A program made the translations under genes and the position numbers. The notes under the pieces are model-generated. The model ran no database searches. It was not told the DNA's origin and saw only the letters and a program-made list of their open reading frames with translations. Below are positions 38,743 through 47,657 of a stretch of 55,279 nucleotides of DNA, in pieces. Source of the DNA: a virus (taxonomy: Duplodnaviria > Caudoviricetes); the IMG/VR virus record IMGVR_UViG_3300019768_000001, positions 1 through 55,279 of that record. One strand, given 5' to 3'. Positions within the stretch are counted from its first letter, which is position 1. Every line of letters starts with the position of its first letter.

Positions 38743-38919
38743 TTAGTCCGGCTTAAACCTTTCTTTTCCGGTGCCATCACAGCCGCCACAAGGCGGGCTT
38801 CCATTGTGGTCATAAACACCTGATCCGCTACAAGCAGAACAAGGCCTCAACTTCCATCCCTTTACGTTTTTTTCATAGTATTCAGTACGCCGCTTCTTTC
38901 TCTCTTTGAATGTCGCCAT
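38743..38919 (-). CDS. Small Zn-finger protein (DnaJ-type CxxCxGxG repeats)
   Basis: CSACSGSG...CGGCDGTG. Confidence 0.65.
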   Translation of the reverse strand: MATFKERKKRRTEYYEKNVKGWKLRPCSACSGSGVYDHNGSPPCGGCDGTGKERFKPD

Positions 38920-38920
38920 C

Positions 38921-39388
38921 TCACCACCTCGCCTTATACTGTTCATAAAAATCTAAATACGGCTCTGACCACGTTACGTTATGCTCAACGCCCCATGCGT
39001 ACAGAAACGCTATAAAATCGCCAGCCTCACCTTTTCTAAACTCGGTAGTGCTAGCGCTCATGGTGACAGCCCTTTTGCCGTCTAGGCTTATTACAGTACG
39101 GCTTGGATGGCTTAGTTTCTGACCTTGGTTGTTTATTTCCATTTCAAACTGATCAACCAGCAGCCTTTTCCAGATATCGGCACCGTACTGCCTGCCTTCA
39201 ACCTCAACCTGACCCGCAATATCCCGAAACATCGCGTGGTACTTCTTTTCCATCAGCCGGGATTTCTTAACATCACGAATCAGGATCTCAACAGGCCCGC
39301 CAGTGACGTATGTTTTAACTACCTCCCAAACCTTACCCATCTGAGGCCGTAGATTGTCCAGCGATACCACAATTGTTATCGGCTTCAT
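38921..39388 (-). CDS. ninB: NinB-family recombination protein
   Basis: YHAM..DIA.QV...WK.LL...S.DG..V....STT.F...E..DFI.FLYAWG.E..V.WS. Confidence 0.75.
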   Translation of the reverse strand: MKPITIVVSLDNLRPQMGKVWEVVKTYVTGGPVEILIRDVKKSRLMEKKYHAMFRDIAGQVEVEGRQYGADIWKRLLVDQFEMEINNQGQKLSHPSRTVISLDGKRAVTMSASTTEFRKGEAGDFIAFLYAWGVEHNVTWSEPYLDFYEQYKARW

Positions 39389-39389
39389 A

Positions 39390-39740
39390 TTACCGCCACG
39401 TTCGATAGTTGATCACATCGTCAACAGATTGCACGGCAACACCATTAACGGCAGCCGCGAAAGTTTTTATCTTCCCCGCCCTATAGCCAGCGTCATCTAA
39501 CACTCTCATCATTTCAACATGCTCAGCCGTCAACTTAGCATTTGGATGATTCTCGCCCTGTCGCTTTTTAGTGTTTTTCATGTAGCTTAGCTTTTGGCAT
39601 ACCGAGTTGTAAGACCTCTGTAAAAACTCAGCCATTTCTTTCCTGCTCATCAACGGGTTTTCTTCTAAAAAAGAAACCTCTTCATCGCTCCATATTTTCT
39701 GCGCCATACTCTCACCTATTTTTTGATTATTGTTAGCCAT
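39390..39740 (-). CDS. Small DNA-binding protein
   Basis: WS.EE..FL myb-like start; GENHPNAKLT...RTWR motif. Confidence 0.6.
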   Translation of the reverse strand: MANNNQKIGESMAQKIWSDEEVSFLEENPLMSRKEMAEFLQRSYNSVCQKLSYMKNTKKRQGENHPNAKLTAEHVEMMRVLDDAGYRAGKIKTFAAAVNGVAVQSVDDVINYRTWR

Positions 39741-39770
39741 CCTTGGCAGGTTGTTAATTAGACTTTTTGG

Positions 39771-39992
39771 TTAAGCCTTCTCACCTCTACCGACAAACCA
39801 GTCGATAGCATCACAGATAAGCGGATCTTCCAACCAATTTTCCAGTTCACGATTCATCGCTCTATCCAGATAAACAACAGGGCCGCAGTAGTGGTGCCAC
39901 TCAAGAAACACCCTCCGGCCATCAGCCAGCCTTAACCTGTAATGCATTGAGTTTGTGCAGATAATACCGCCATGAAATACCGTACACGTCAT
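39771..39992 (-). CDS. Hypothetical protein
   Basis: EWH.YCGP motif; RBS. Confidence 0.55.
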   Translation of the reverse strand: MTCTVFHGGIICTNSMHYRLRLADGRRVFLEWHHYCGPVVYLDRAMNRELENWLEDPLICDAIDWFVGRGEKA

Positions 39993-39996
39993 ACTC

Positions 39997-40764
39997 TCAC
40001 CCCTTTAACATTGCTTTCATACGGTCAATTGCGTCTTGACCCTTGATACCTTCAAAACCTTGATCCTTTGCCTGCTTGTTACCGTCGCGGATCATTTTAT
40101 CGGCCATAGCGCGGCCCTGATTGTGCTGTGCGTCGTTTTCTAGCAGAGTCTGGCCGTTAGCCATAGCTTTTGCCAAAGAGTTGTACTCAGTAGCAAAGCG
40201 GGCCTTTACGGTCTTTTGCTCTGACTGGCTTGATGCCCTCGCAATATCGTATGACCCAACTCGTTTTACAGCTTCTCTGATAGCTGGATGACTCCATTTT
40301 CCGGCGCTAGGCATTCCAGCCTTCTTTTGAGCCTCTAAGAACGCCTCGTCAAGAGAAGGAAGTCCAAGCTCTTCTGCATCTACGTCACACAAAGAAACAA
40401 ACTCAGGAATCGTAGGCGGCCACTTAGGATGTCGTCGAATACTTTTCCCTATAGCAACCTGTATTCTATTTCTCTCCTGCTTGCCAATGGCTATCATCCA
40501 GAGAGAGTGCGGGTCTGTCGGCGGCATATCCCCGTGATCCCTGCTCCACTTGTCCCCGTATATCTCCATCATGCGGCCCCAGAACATCTTGGCATTGCTG
40601 GCTACTTCCTGAGAGCATTTGTCGCTCCCATTCGTCAAGTTTGGCTTGCCGTTCTGCATGCTTATCGCCTTGGTGCTGGCTATTGCCGCTCTGCCTATTT
40701 CCGCTGCTGATTTCATCGCTCCACCGCTCCTGATTGAAATATGTTGTCGGGTGCATTTCAGCAA
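39997..40764 (-). CDS. Replication protein P-like helicase loader (likely start MKSAAEI)
   Basis: WPPT.PEF..LC...LGLPS..EA..EA...WSHPA; overlaps initiator gene as in lambda O/P. Confidence 0.75.
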   Translation of the reverse strand: MLKCTRQHISIRSGGAMKSAAEIGRAAIASTKAISMQNGKPNLTNGSDKCSQEVASNAKMFWGRMMEIYGDKWSRDHGDMPPTDPHSLWMIAIGKQERNRIQVAIGKSIRRHPKWPPTIPEFVSLCDVDAEELGLPSLDEAFLEAQKKAGMPSAGKWSHPAIREAVKRVGSYDIARASSQSEQKTVKARFATEYNSLAKAMANGQTLLENDAQHNQGRAMADKMIRDGNKQAKDQGFEGIKGQDAIDRMKAMLKG

Positions 40765-41365
40765 AACCCCTTTGCCCAGACTTCAACCGGGCCTGAACAT
40801 CAATGAATAGTTTTCCAGCAAAGTCCACAGGGTCTAACTTGTTATTCTTTGCGTAAGATTTGAACTTGGCCAAAGCTGGCTTCTTGCCGACTTTCTTCAT
40901 GCCAGCACACCAATAAGTTTCAAATGCTTCAGCGCACACATCATCGAATGATGATGAATTATCTTTATATAACTCTTTGTTATCTTCTTTGTTATATAAG
41001 GGCACTTTATGACCCTTGCCAGATGTCGTTTCCGACCCTTGCGCAAGGGCGCTTTCCGACCCTTGCTGAACAACGTTGTAATACTTAGCTTTATTTACGG
41101 TCATCATCCTTTTTTTCCCGTAATTCGTTACTTTGGTATCCCGAAAAATCCAACCTTTATCGCTAAGCGACTTTAGAACCGACTTAACACGACGCTCAGA
41201 TAAATCAAAAAACTCAGCAAGATACTGATCACTGGCAAAGCACGGGCCTGTTCTTGAAAGAGCATCGATCTCAGCAAGAAATAAAACCTCCTGCTTAGTG
41301 ATCTCCGTTGAGCTCCAAAGCTCTACTGGTATCCAGATTCCTGTAAACCCCCTTTCATCGCTCAT
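40466..41365 (-). CDS. Replication initiator (lambda O-like, N-terminal HTH)
   Basis: FTGIWIP...CFASD.YLA.F; KKVGKK.A...HPTTYFNQERW; internal iterons. Confidence 0.8.
   Translation of the reverse strand: MSDERGFTGIWIPVELWSSTEITKQEVLFLAEIDALSRTGPCFASDQYLAEFFDLSERRVKSVLKSLSDKGWIFRDTKVTNYGKKRMMTVNKAKYYNVVQQGSESALAQGSETTSGKGHKVPLYNKEDNKELYKDNSSSFDDVCAEAFETYWCAGMKKVGKKPALAKFKSYAKNNKLDPVDFAGKLFIDVQARLKSGQRGFAEMHPTTYFNQERWSDEISSGNRQSGNSQHQGDKHAERQAKLDEWERQMLSGSSQQCQDVLGPHDGDIRGQVEQGSRGYAADRPALSLDDSHWQAGEK
41011..41066. repeat. Probable origin iterons
   Basis: GACCCTTGC at 41011, 41034 and 41058 inside the initiator gene, next to an AT-rich tract. Confidence 0.6.
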
Positions 41366-41856
41366 TTCATATGCTCCATTGTGTATTCTGCAAAATGCTC
41401 AATATCCACGTCTTTAAACTTTTTGATATCAAATAAATCAAAATACCTTCTGGCCACGTGAAGAAATCGGCCTTTATTCTCCATGCATAGATAAAAGAAA
41501 TAATTATTTGAAGGCTCACATAACGGGCTATGCGAACACATAGATGCTACAAATGAAGGCCATGGAACAAAGAAGTTTCTTTCTCCAATATAGTTCGCGG
41601 CATCAAGGGCCTCTTGCGGCGAAACGGAAAACATCTCACCATGAACAACCCTATCCTGAAAGAATCGCTTCAGCATGCTCTCCCTTTGTGATGGGTTTGT
41701 TACCTCTAAGCTCCAAAACAATGAGAACGTATAGCCTTTGTAGCACCGCTTTAGCTCTGAAACCCGATCTTCTGGACGCTTTCTTGTGAACCCGATCTTG
41801 CACCAGTTAGGATTTTGATCTACCGATGCTATGTAGATATTTCCGGTAAATATCAT
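41362..41856 (-). CDS. T5orf172/GIY-YIG-type nuclease domain protein
   Basis: GNIYI...KIGFT.K.PE.R..EL...GE.F. Confidence 0.75.
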   Translation of the reverse strand: MIFTGNIYIASVDQNPNWCKIGFTRKRPEDRVSELKRCYKGYTFSLFWSLEVTNPSQRESMLKRFFQDRVVHGEMFSVSPQEALDAANYIGERNFFVPWPSFVASMCSHSPLCEPSNNYFFYLCMENKGRFLHVARRYFDLFDIKKFKDVDIEHFAEYTMEHMK

Positions 41857-41903
41857 ATATAATTACTCGTATGTGTTTTGGCCCGGTTCGCCGGGTTTCT
41901 TTT

Positions 41904-42182
41904 TTATGCAATGCAAATATCTTCAATAAATCCAGATAATCGCTTCATCTCAAAACCAGTCTTCAGCTTGTAATAAATTACAGTTGACTCTCTTCTAGTC
42001 TCGACCATATCCGAGTCACGAAACACCTTTAAATGCTGTGACAAGGAGCTCTGAGACAGCGTAGGAACCAGCTTGTTTATATCCCCTGCCGAAATCTCAC
42101 CCGCATTTTTAATGGCAATAAAAATCTGTCTACGCGCTTTATTCGACATGCATCCGAACATTTTAGATACGTTCATAATCAA
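41904..42182 (-). CDS. ArsR/SmtB-family HTH regulator
   Basis: R..I...LSQSSLSQHLKV.R....V..RRE...IYY.L. Confidence 0.8.
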   Translation of the reverse strand: MIMNVSKMFGCMSNKARRQIFIAIKNAGEISAGDINKLVPTLSQSSLSQHLKVFRDSDMVETRRESTVIYYKLKTGFEMKRLSGFIEDICIA

Positions 42183-42274
42183 CCTCTCCTGTGTTTAAAT
42201 ATACTTTACTAAATATTAATCTATACGTCAAACAAAAACCGGCGCTAACCGGTTTGGGTGTTAGGGTTTTCTGT

Positions 42275-42466
42275 CTACTGCTTTACGCAAACAGCAGTGC
42301 TATACACGTCAATCATATTGCTTTTATTTATCTGCTGCTGCAAAAGCGCAGATCTCGCTGCAAGGCATGACTCATAACTACTGAATCCGTTTATAGATTC
42401 AGTTGATACAGATGCAGGATCACCAAAAACTCTAACTATAACCACTAACACAAGCGCAAAACTCAT
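42275..42466 (-). CDS. Small exported/membrane protein
   Basis: Hydrophobic N-terminus; F.SYESC..A...AVCV motif. Confidence 0.55.
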   Translation of the reverse strand: MSFALVLVVIVRVFGDPASVSTESINGFSSYESCLAARSALLQQQINKSNMIDVYSTAVCVKQ

Positions 42467-42612
42467 AAATCACCACAGTTTCAATTGTTCTTCCCGGTAG
42501 CCGGGCTGTTTGTTTTTCTTTGGTACCCTTACAGGTGAGGGCACCAAATCAGGATCAGCGCCACGCATCCAGTCACGGAACGCGCGGCGTTTCTGCTCAA
42601 GACTTCGCGAAT

Positions 42613-42816
42613 TCAATCTAGAAGCCCTCGCTCTCTTCTCGATTCATGCCAGCCAGCAAGCCACCAGTGGCGTTTGCATAGCTGGGACTTTTCGCGCAAA
42701 TAAGCGCCGTCTCCGACTTTTGAAACCTGATCACCGAACGGGCAAGACTTAATGTCTGCGCCTTCTTCGCTTGCTTGATGGCCTTTGTAGTACGGCTCCG
42801 GGTAATTATTCATCAT
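42613..42816 (-). CDS. Rmf/CrpP-like small protein (start MMNNYPEP)
   Basis: Y.KG.QA...G.....CPF...W.AGW pattern. Confidence 0.5.
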   Translation of the reverse strand: MMNNYPEPYYKGHQASEEGADIKSCPFGDQVSKVGDGAYLREKSQLCKRHWWLAGWHESRRERGLLD

Positions 42817-43072
42817 GAATAGAAATATCCTGTTCATCGATCCGCTTAAGCTCAAGGCGCGCCAAAATTTCATCTGTTCGTTTTTTAATCGCCAGCGCAT
42901 CAGCGTCAGGTTTGCCGGGCTGGCCTTTATGACATTTAACGCAACGGTCAGAAGACAAATAACGGTACAAAGTGTCGCACTTACTGCATTTAACGTTATG
43001 CGCGTACTGGCCTGAAGGTCGAAGGATTGCCGCGTGGAACCGCTGAAAGTCGCTCTAATTAGTAGTTGCCAT
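42806..43072 (-). pseudogene. Zn-finger gene with in-frame TAG at codon 6
   Basis: AAGGTG RBS; MATTN*SDFQRF...CSKCDTLYRYLSSDRCVKC...; stop overlaps next start. Confidence 0.55.
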
Positions 43073-43712
43073 TGTGATCACCTTGAAGTTTTGTTGTTTG
43101 ATTGACTTGCTGAAAGAATAGAGTGATTACAGGGATTAGACCGTAATGCGTCATATGCCTAAACATCATTCCGTTGTAGCCTTTATTGCCTAATGCCGCT
43201 GCACAATAAAAATACGTAGACAGTAACAATAGTATTCCGAATAGAAGCTCTAAACTGTTCATTTTAATTCCTCTGCGTGCTCTTTCCGGTACTTCTCAAA
43301 GGCATTAAAAACCTCTGAAGTGTCTAGCGGCTCATGTATCTCATTACCGTCTGAGTCATAGGCAATAAACTCAATCTCGCCGCCCTCAGCCTCATGATGA
43401 AAGGTTGCAGGAATTACTTTCTCGTAGTGCGTTACTTCTATAGTGAATCCGTTAAATCGAAACATTCTCCACCTCCCCTATAAGCTTCTGAACTTTTTTA
43501 CTAGAAATACTGGTTCTTTTCCCCTTGTACATCACGGTTCCTGTTGACGGCCAATAGTCCATTTTCTTTCCATCAACAAACCGACTCCAGTGGTAAGGAG
43601 TGTGCTTGTCCCACCCTTTACTACATGCGCCTTCAAGTCGATTTTTCTTTTTTTCTTTCCGGTCTTCTTTTAAGGCCTTAAAGGCAAGTGCAATATCTGA
43701 ATCAGAGCTCAT
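43059..43712 (-). CDS. Three coupled early hypothetical genes (43452..43712, 43259..43465, 43059..43262)
   Basis: Overlapping stops/starts; first has DYWPSTG motif. Confidence 0.55.
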
Positions 43713-43763
43713 TTGTTTATCGTCCCGTTGTTTGCGTCCTATTAAATTAACGTAAAATTAAAC

Positions 43764-43800
43764 TTGATGCAACGTTATTTTAACGTTATAGTGACGTTAT
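43764..43800 (+). promoter_or_regulatory. Divergent control region: TTGATG/TATAGT promoter overlapped by three ACGTTAT repeats
   Basis: ACGTTAT at 43772, 43783, 43794 (11-bp period). Confidence 0.55.
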
Positions 43801-43819
43801 CAAATCACGAGGCAGAAAC

Positions 43820-43975
43820 ATGGCTATAAAGAAAAACAACCCGTCCTCTTATATGAATGACGAGCAGCTGAGGCTGGCAACAGAAGCCTCAGTTAAAGAA
43901 GGTAGAAGTCTGTCATCTTTTATTCGTATGGCAGTAGAAGAAAAAACAAACAAGGTGTTAGGGGTGAAAAAATGA
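43820..43975 (+). CDS. Ribbon-helix-helix-like regulator, 51 aa (not in track)
   Basis: GAGG RBS; A..EGRSLSSFIRMAV.E pattern; ATGA overlap with next gene. Confidence 0.65.
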   Translation: MAIKKNNPSSYMNDEQLRLATEASVKEGRSLSSFIRMAVEEKTNKVLGVKK

Positions 43976-44322
43976 GCAGGGCTTACACTGTGTACAAGGG
44001 TGAAATTAAAGGTAGGCTGGTTTACATAGGAACAACAATACAAAAGCCAAGCAATAGATTTAGATGGCATAAAAATAATGGTAAACCATTCGATTTTACT
44101 GTTTTGAGTCAGCATGAAACATCAGAAGAGATGCTAGAAGAAGAGTTAAGGTTGATAAAAAAACACAAGCCAAAATACAACAAGATAAGACACAGAAAGC
44201 AAAATCTAAATGTTAAATTATCAAAGGAGGATCTAGATAAAAGAGTGGGAGATAGCGAGTGGTGTCAAAGCTGCTTAAAGCGTCGAGTAAATAATGGTTA
44301 CTCTAAGTGTTATTACTGTTAA
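43972..44322 (+). CDS. GIY-YIG family nuclease
   Basis: YTVY...VYIGTT....R.RWH...E..LI....PKYN. Confidence 0.7.
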   Translation: MSRAYTVYKGEIKGRLVYIGTTIQKPSNRFRWHKNNGKPFDFTVLSQHETSEEMLEEELRLIKKHKPKYNKIRHRKQNLNVKLSKEDLDKRVGDSEWCQSCLKRRVNNGYSKCYYC

Positions 44323-44334
44323 AAAGGATTAAAA

Positions 44335-45165
44335 ATGAGTCAGTTATTTATTGCAGAGATGAGCAACGAGGAATACCACGGCGGCCATGGTGTTTCAAAA
44401 TCAACATTGGACTTAGTGCATAGAGATCTGTTTGCACCAGAATGGTCTAAGAAGTGCCCGCAAGACAAGGACAAGCTTAAGACTTTGGATTTTGGCGATG
44501 CAATGCACGCAATATGCTTGGAGCCTGACCGTCTAGAATCAGAGTTCGTTGTAATGCCAGCATTCAACCTTAGAGCTAATGACGGCAAGGCATCAAAAAA
44601 GGCGTTTGAAGCCGAGCATGACGGCCATAAGATTCTAACCGCAGACGAACACTTTAAGCTGAAACTGATGTTTGAATCGGTAATGGCGCACCCTCAAGCA
44701 AGACGACTAATTGAGGCCGAAGGTATTGCAGAGGGCTCTTACTTTTGGGATGACGAGCAAACAGGGATCACCTGCAAGTGCCGACCAGATAAGCACATTG
44801 TAAAAGAAGGGCTCCTGGTTGACGTGAAGACTACGCCAGATCTCAAAAAGTTCTGTTACTCGGTAGATGATTACCGCTACCACGTACAAGATCCATGGTA
44901 CTGCGACGGAATAAGCCGGTTTCACGGCGAAACCAGAATGGAATTCCTTGCTATCCAGAAAACAATAGAGCTTGGTAAGTACCCGGTCATGGTTGTAAAG
45001 CTTCCTCAAGAGGCTATTGAATATGGTAGGGCCTTGTACCGAGAAGACTTAAATCGTTACGCTGATTTTATTAATAGCGACAAGCAAGCCGGAACCAAAG
45101 AGCTGGCAATGCATTACAATTTCCTTGATCGGGCATACGAGAAGATAACAGAGGTTGAGCTATGA
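44335..45165 (+). CDS. RecE/Exonuclease VIII-like PD-(D/E)XK nuclease (DUF3799-like)
   Basis: SNEEYH...SKS.L; G.A.H...LEP; CKCRPD...DVKTT; YHVQ..WY. Confidence 0.85.
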   Translation: MSQLFIAEMSNEEYHGGHGVSKSTLDLVHRDLFAPEWSKKCPQDKDKLKTLDFGDAMHAICLEPDRLESEFVVMPAFNLRANDGKASKKAFEAEHDGHKILTADEHFKLKLMFESVMAHPQARRLIEAEGIAEGSYFWDDEQTGITCKCRPDKHIVKEGLLVDVKTTPDLKKFCYSVDDYRYHVQDPWYCDGISRFHGETRMEFLAIQKTIELGKYPVMVVKLPQEAIEYGRALYREDLNRYADFINSDKQAGTKELAMHYNFLDRAYEKITEVEL

Positions 45166-45689
45166 GTGACGTTACAAATCTTGCTGACACGGTAGCACCA
45201 AAAAGCGATCAACTTAATGCTGACGACCTGCTAACAGGGCCAATTACTGTAACCGTTATCGATGTTAAGCGCGGCCCTAAAGATCAGCCTGTCTGGATCG
45301 TGATAGATGGCGGTCGACAGCCATACAAGCCGTGCAAGTCAATGCGTCGCGTAATGATCCAAGCTTGGGGGGCTAATGGTAAGGACTGGGTAGGTCGATC
45401 TATGACCTTGTTCTGTGATCCTAGTGTTAAGTTTGGCGGCGTGGCTCTTGGAGGTATTCGCATCAGTCACATGAGCCATATTACCGGAACGCTTGATATG
45501 ATGCTGACAGTAACAAGAGGCCGTAAAAATCAGTTCAAAGTTCACCCGTTGAAAACTGTTGATTATTCAAAACTGATAGCAGGTTATTCAGCGATGAACC
45601 AAGAAGATAGAAATAAAGCGTGGGCAACATACACGCCAGATCAGCAGATGGCTATCAGTAACGCAATGAACAGTGGAGTAAGCAATTAA
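45162..45689 (+). CDS. Conserved phage protein partnering RecE-like nuclease (putative ssDNA-binding/annealing)
   Basis: PKSDQLNADDL..GP...PYKPCKSMRRV...GGIRISHMSHI family; function inferred from synteny. Confidence 0.6.
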   Translation: MSDVTNLADTVAPKSDQLNADDLLTGPITVTVIDVKRGPKDQPVWIVIDGGRQPYKPCKSMRRVMIQAWGANGKDWVGRSMTLFCDPSVKFGGVALGGIRISHMSHITGTLDMMLTVTRGRKNQFKVHPLKTVDYSKLIAGYSAMNQEDRNKAWATYTPDQQMAISNAMNSGVSN

Positions 45690-45727
45690 TGTCTCGCGGA
45701 ATAAATAAAGTAATTATTGCCGTATAA
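45689..45727 (+). pseudogene. Orphaned ssb 5' remnant (MSRGINKVIIAV*)
   Basis: Matches canonical SSB N-terminus MASRGVNKVIL; GGAG RBS; followed by HNH gene. Confidence 0.7.
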
Positions 45728-45769
45728 TCGTTTTTTCGTTACTATATTTAACATATAGAAGGGGCTTAT

Positions 45770-46273
45770 ATGGATGAATATGATTTATATAACAACGGAA
45801 AAAGCATACCAGAGGTAAGCGATGAGACAGGGATACCAAGATCAACACTGAGATTCAGGTTTAAAAAAGCAGGAATATTAAGGTCTAGGGCTGATGGCAT
45901 TAAAAACGCATCAAAAAACGGTCGATTAGGTTCAGGTCTTAGAGGTAAGAAAAGGGTTTTCACAGAAGAGTGGAAGAATAATATTTCAAAAGGAAAAACC
46001 GGAAAGGGGCTTGGTGTATCTGTAAAGCCTAGTGGATATATAGAGATAACGATGGGAGAAAACAAGGGTAGGTTGGAGCATGTTGTAATAATGGAGTTGA
46101 TAATAGGAAGAAGGCTTGCGTCAAACGAGTGCGTTCATCATAAAGATGAAAACAGGGCCAACAACGACCCTGAAAACCTTCAGTTAATGACAAGAAGCGA
46201 GCATGCATCTTTGCATGCTAAGCAAAATATAAGCAAAAGAAATAGAGATAAGAGAGGTCGTCTTTGTGGCTAA
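45770..46273 (+). CDS. HNH homing endonuclease
   Basis: N-terminal HTH/NUMOD-like; EH.VIME..IGR.L...E.VHHKDE.R.NN..ENL.LMT.SEH..LH. Confidence 0.85.
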   Translation: MDEYDLYNNGKSIPEVSDETGIPRSTLRFRFKKAGILRSRADGIKNASKNGRLGSGLRGKKRVFTEEWKNNISKGKTGKGLGVSVKPSGYIEITMGENKGRLEHVVIMELIIGRRLASNECVHHKDENRANNDPENLQLMTRSEHASLHAKQNISKRNRDKRGRLCG

Positions 46274-46850
46274 CGATTTAAATCAGTGTCAATTTATTGG
46301 ACGTTTAGGGAAAGACCCTGAAACAAAATTTCTTCCAAACGGTGGGCAGGTTACTAACATATCGATAGCCTGCGGAAGCTCTTGGACTGACAAATCGTCT
46401 GGCCAGAAGCAAGAGAAAACCGATTGGATACCAGTGGTTTTTTTTGGAAAACTTGCAGAAATAGCAGGCCAGTACTTAACGAAGGGGTCAAAAATATTTG
46501 TATCCGGTAATTTTAAAACACGCAAATGGCAGGATCAATCTGGCCAGGATCGCTACACAACAGAGATCGTTGTCGATGGCTTTGGCGGTGTAATGCAGAT
46601 GTTGGATAGCAAGAGTGACGGGCAAGGCGGCGGGCAAAATAATGCTCCACCACAACAGGCACCAGCACCAGTACCGGCACCAACGCCACAAAAAGACTAT
46701 GCAGCTGAATACATGGCTATGACCCGCGAACAGCAAACACAGATGTGGCCGAGCTATACCGATGCACAGCGCCAATTGATCACCGACGCTGTAATGTCTC
46801 AGAAACAACCTGAAAGCAATCTGCCTCAGCCAGACGACATACCTTTTTAG
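46266..46850 (+). CDS. ssb: Single-stranded DNA-binding protein
   Basis: IGRLGKDPE...TRKWQDQSGQDRYTTEIV; acidic DDIPF tail. Confidence 0.95.
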   Translation: MANDLNQCQFIGRLGKDPETKFLPNGGQVTNISIACGSSWTDKSSGQKQEKTDWIPVVFFGKLAEIAGQYLTKGSKIFVSGNFKTRKWQDQSGQDRYTTEIVVDGFGGVMQMLDSKSDGQGGGQNNAPPQQAPAPVPAPTPQKDYAAEYMAMTREQQTQMWPSYTDAQRQLITDAVMSQKQPESNLPQPDDIPF

Positions 46851-46968
46851 CAACAGCAGCCCGGCTTCGGTCGGGCGATAGGGTGATTTATGAACAAAAC
46901 ACCAAAGCAGCGCCGTCACTCGCTATTAATGATGGATAACCACCGGAAGAGACTGGAGGCTGAGCGGG

Positions 46969-47595
46969 ATGGGAAACAGCAAAAAACGCTGTAAGCAGTG
47001 CAAGAAATACGTTCCGGCTGAATCTGGAATTAAGGTGCCAGCCGGTTTCTTTTGCTCCCATGATCATGCTATTGAGTTTGCCAAAGCAAAGCAGGCTCAA
47101 TCGTCGCTTAAACAGCGCAAGGAGCGCGAACGCATAAAGTCGATGACTGTTAAGGATTTGGACAGAGAAAGCCTTCCTTGGCAGCACAAGCAGACCCAGA
47201 AGGCTTTTAACAGAATGAGGGTCTTGCAAGAGCTGTATTATTATCAATCGAACGGTCTAGAGCCCGTTTGTATTAGCTGCCAGAAACCGCTAGGCGGTGA
47301 TCAGTGGTGCTGCGGTCATTATAAAACCGTAGGCGCTCACCCAGAGCTGAGGTATGACCCTCTAAACACTCACTTGCAGCATAACCGTAATTGCAATATG
47401 GGATTATCGGGTGACATAAAAGGCTATACGTTCGGGCTCGTTGATCGCCACGGCAAGGACAAAGCTGCAGAGATATACGATTATCTGGCGGTAGATAATG
47501 GGCCAAAAAAATACACTTGTGATGAGCTGGAAAAAAACCGAGCAGAGTACCGAAAAGAAATTAGGCAACTAGAGAAAATTGTAACTATCGTCTAA
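46969..47595 (+). CDS. ninG: NinG/Rap-family recombination nuclease
   Basis: CKQCK...FCS..HA; CISCQ...CCGHYKTVGAHPELR.D..N.H.Q...CN..LSG. Confidence 0.85.
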   Translation: MGNSKKRCKQCKKYVPAESGIKVPAGFFCSHDHAIEFAKAKQAQSSLKQRKERERIKSMTVKDLDRESLPWQHKQTQKAFNRMRVLQELYYYQSNGLEPVCISCQKPLGGDQWCCGHYKTVGAHPELRYDPLNTHLQHNRNCNMGLSGDIKGYTFGLVDRHGKDKAAEIYDYLAVDNGPKKYTCDELEKNRAEYRKEIRQLEKIVTIV

Positions 47596-47657
47596 TACCG
47601 GCCAATCCTGATAACCGGTAAATTACAGATTCAAACAATAGCAAGCAAGGGGATAAC

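Noticed and set aside
42957-43001. AAATAAC...GTTATGC as an attC
   Set aside because: Lies inside a coding frame and the internal stem is off-centre.
29873-43057. Stop-codon reassignment
   Set aside because: Only two in-frame stops, of different types (TAA and TAG). Both codons terminate many normal genes and no suppressor tRNA is visible.
45728-46265. Group I intron in ssb
   Set aside because: The insert is almost entirely HNH coding sequence with no room for a ribozyme core, and downstream ssb has its own RBS and start.
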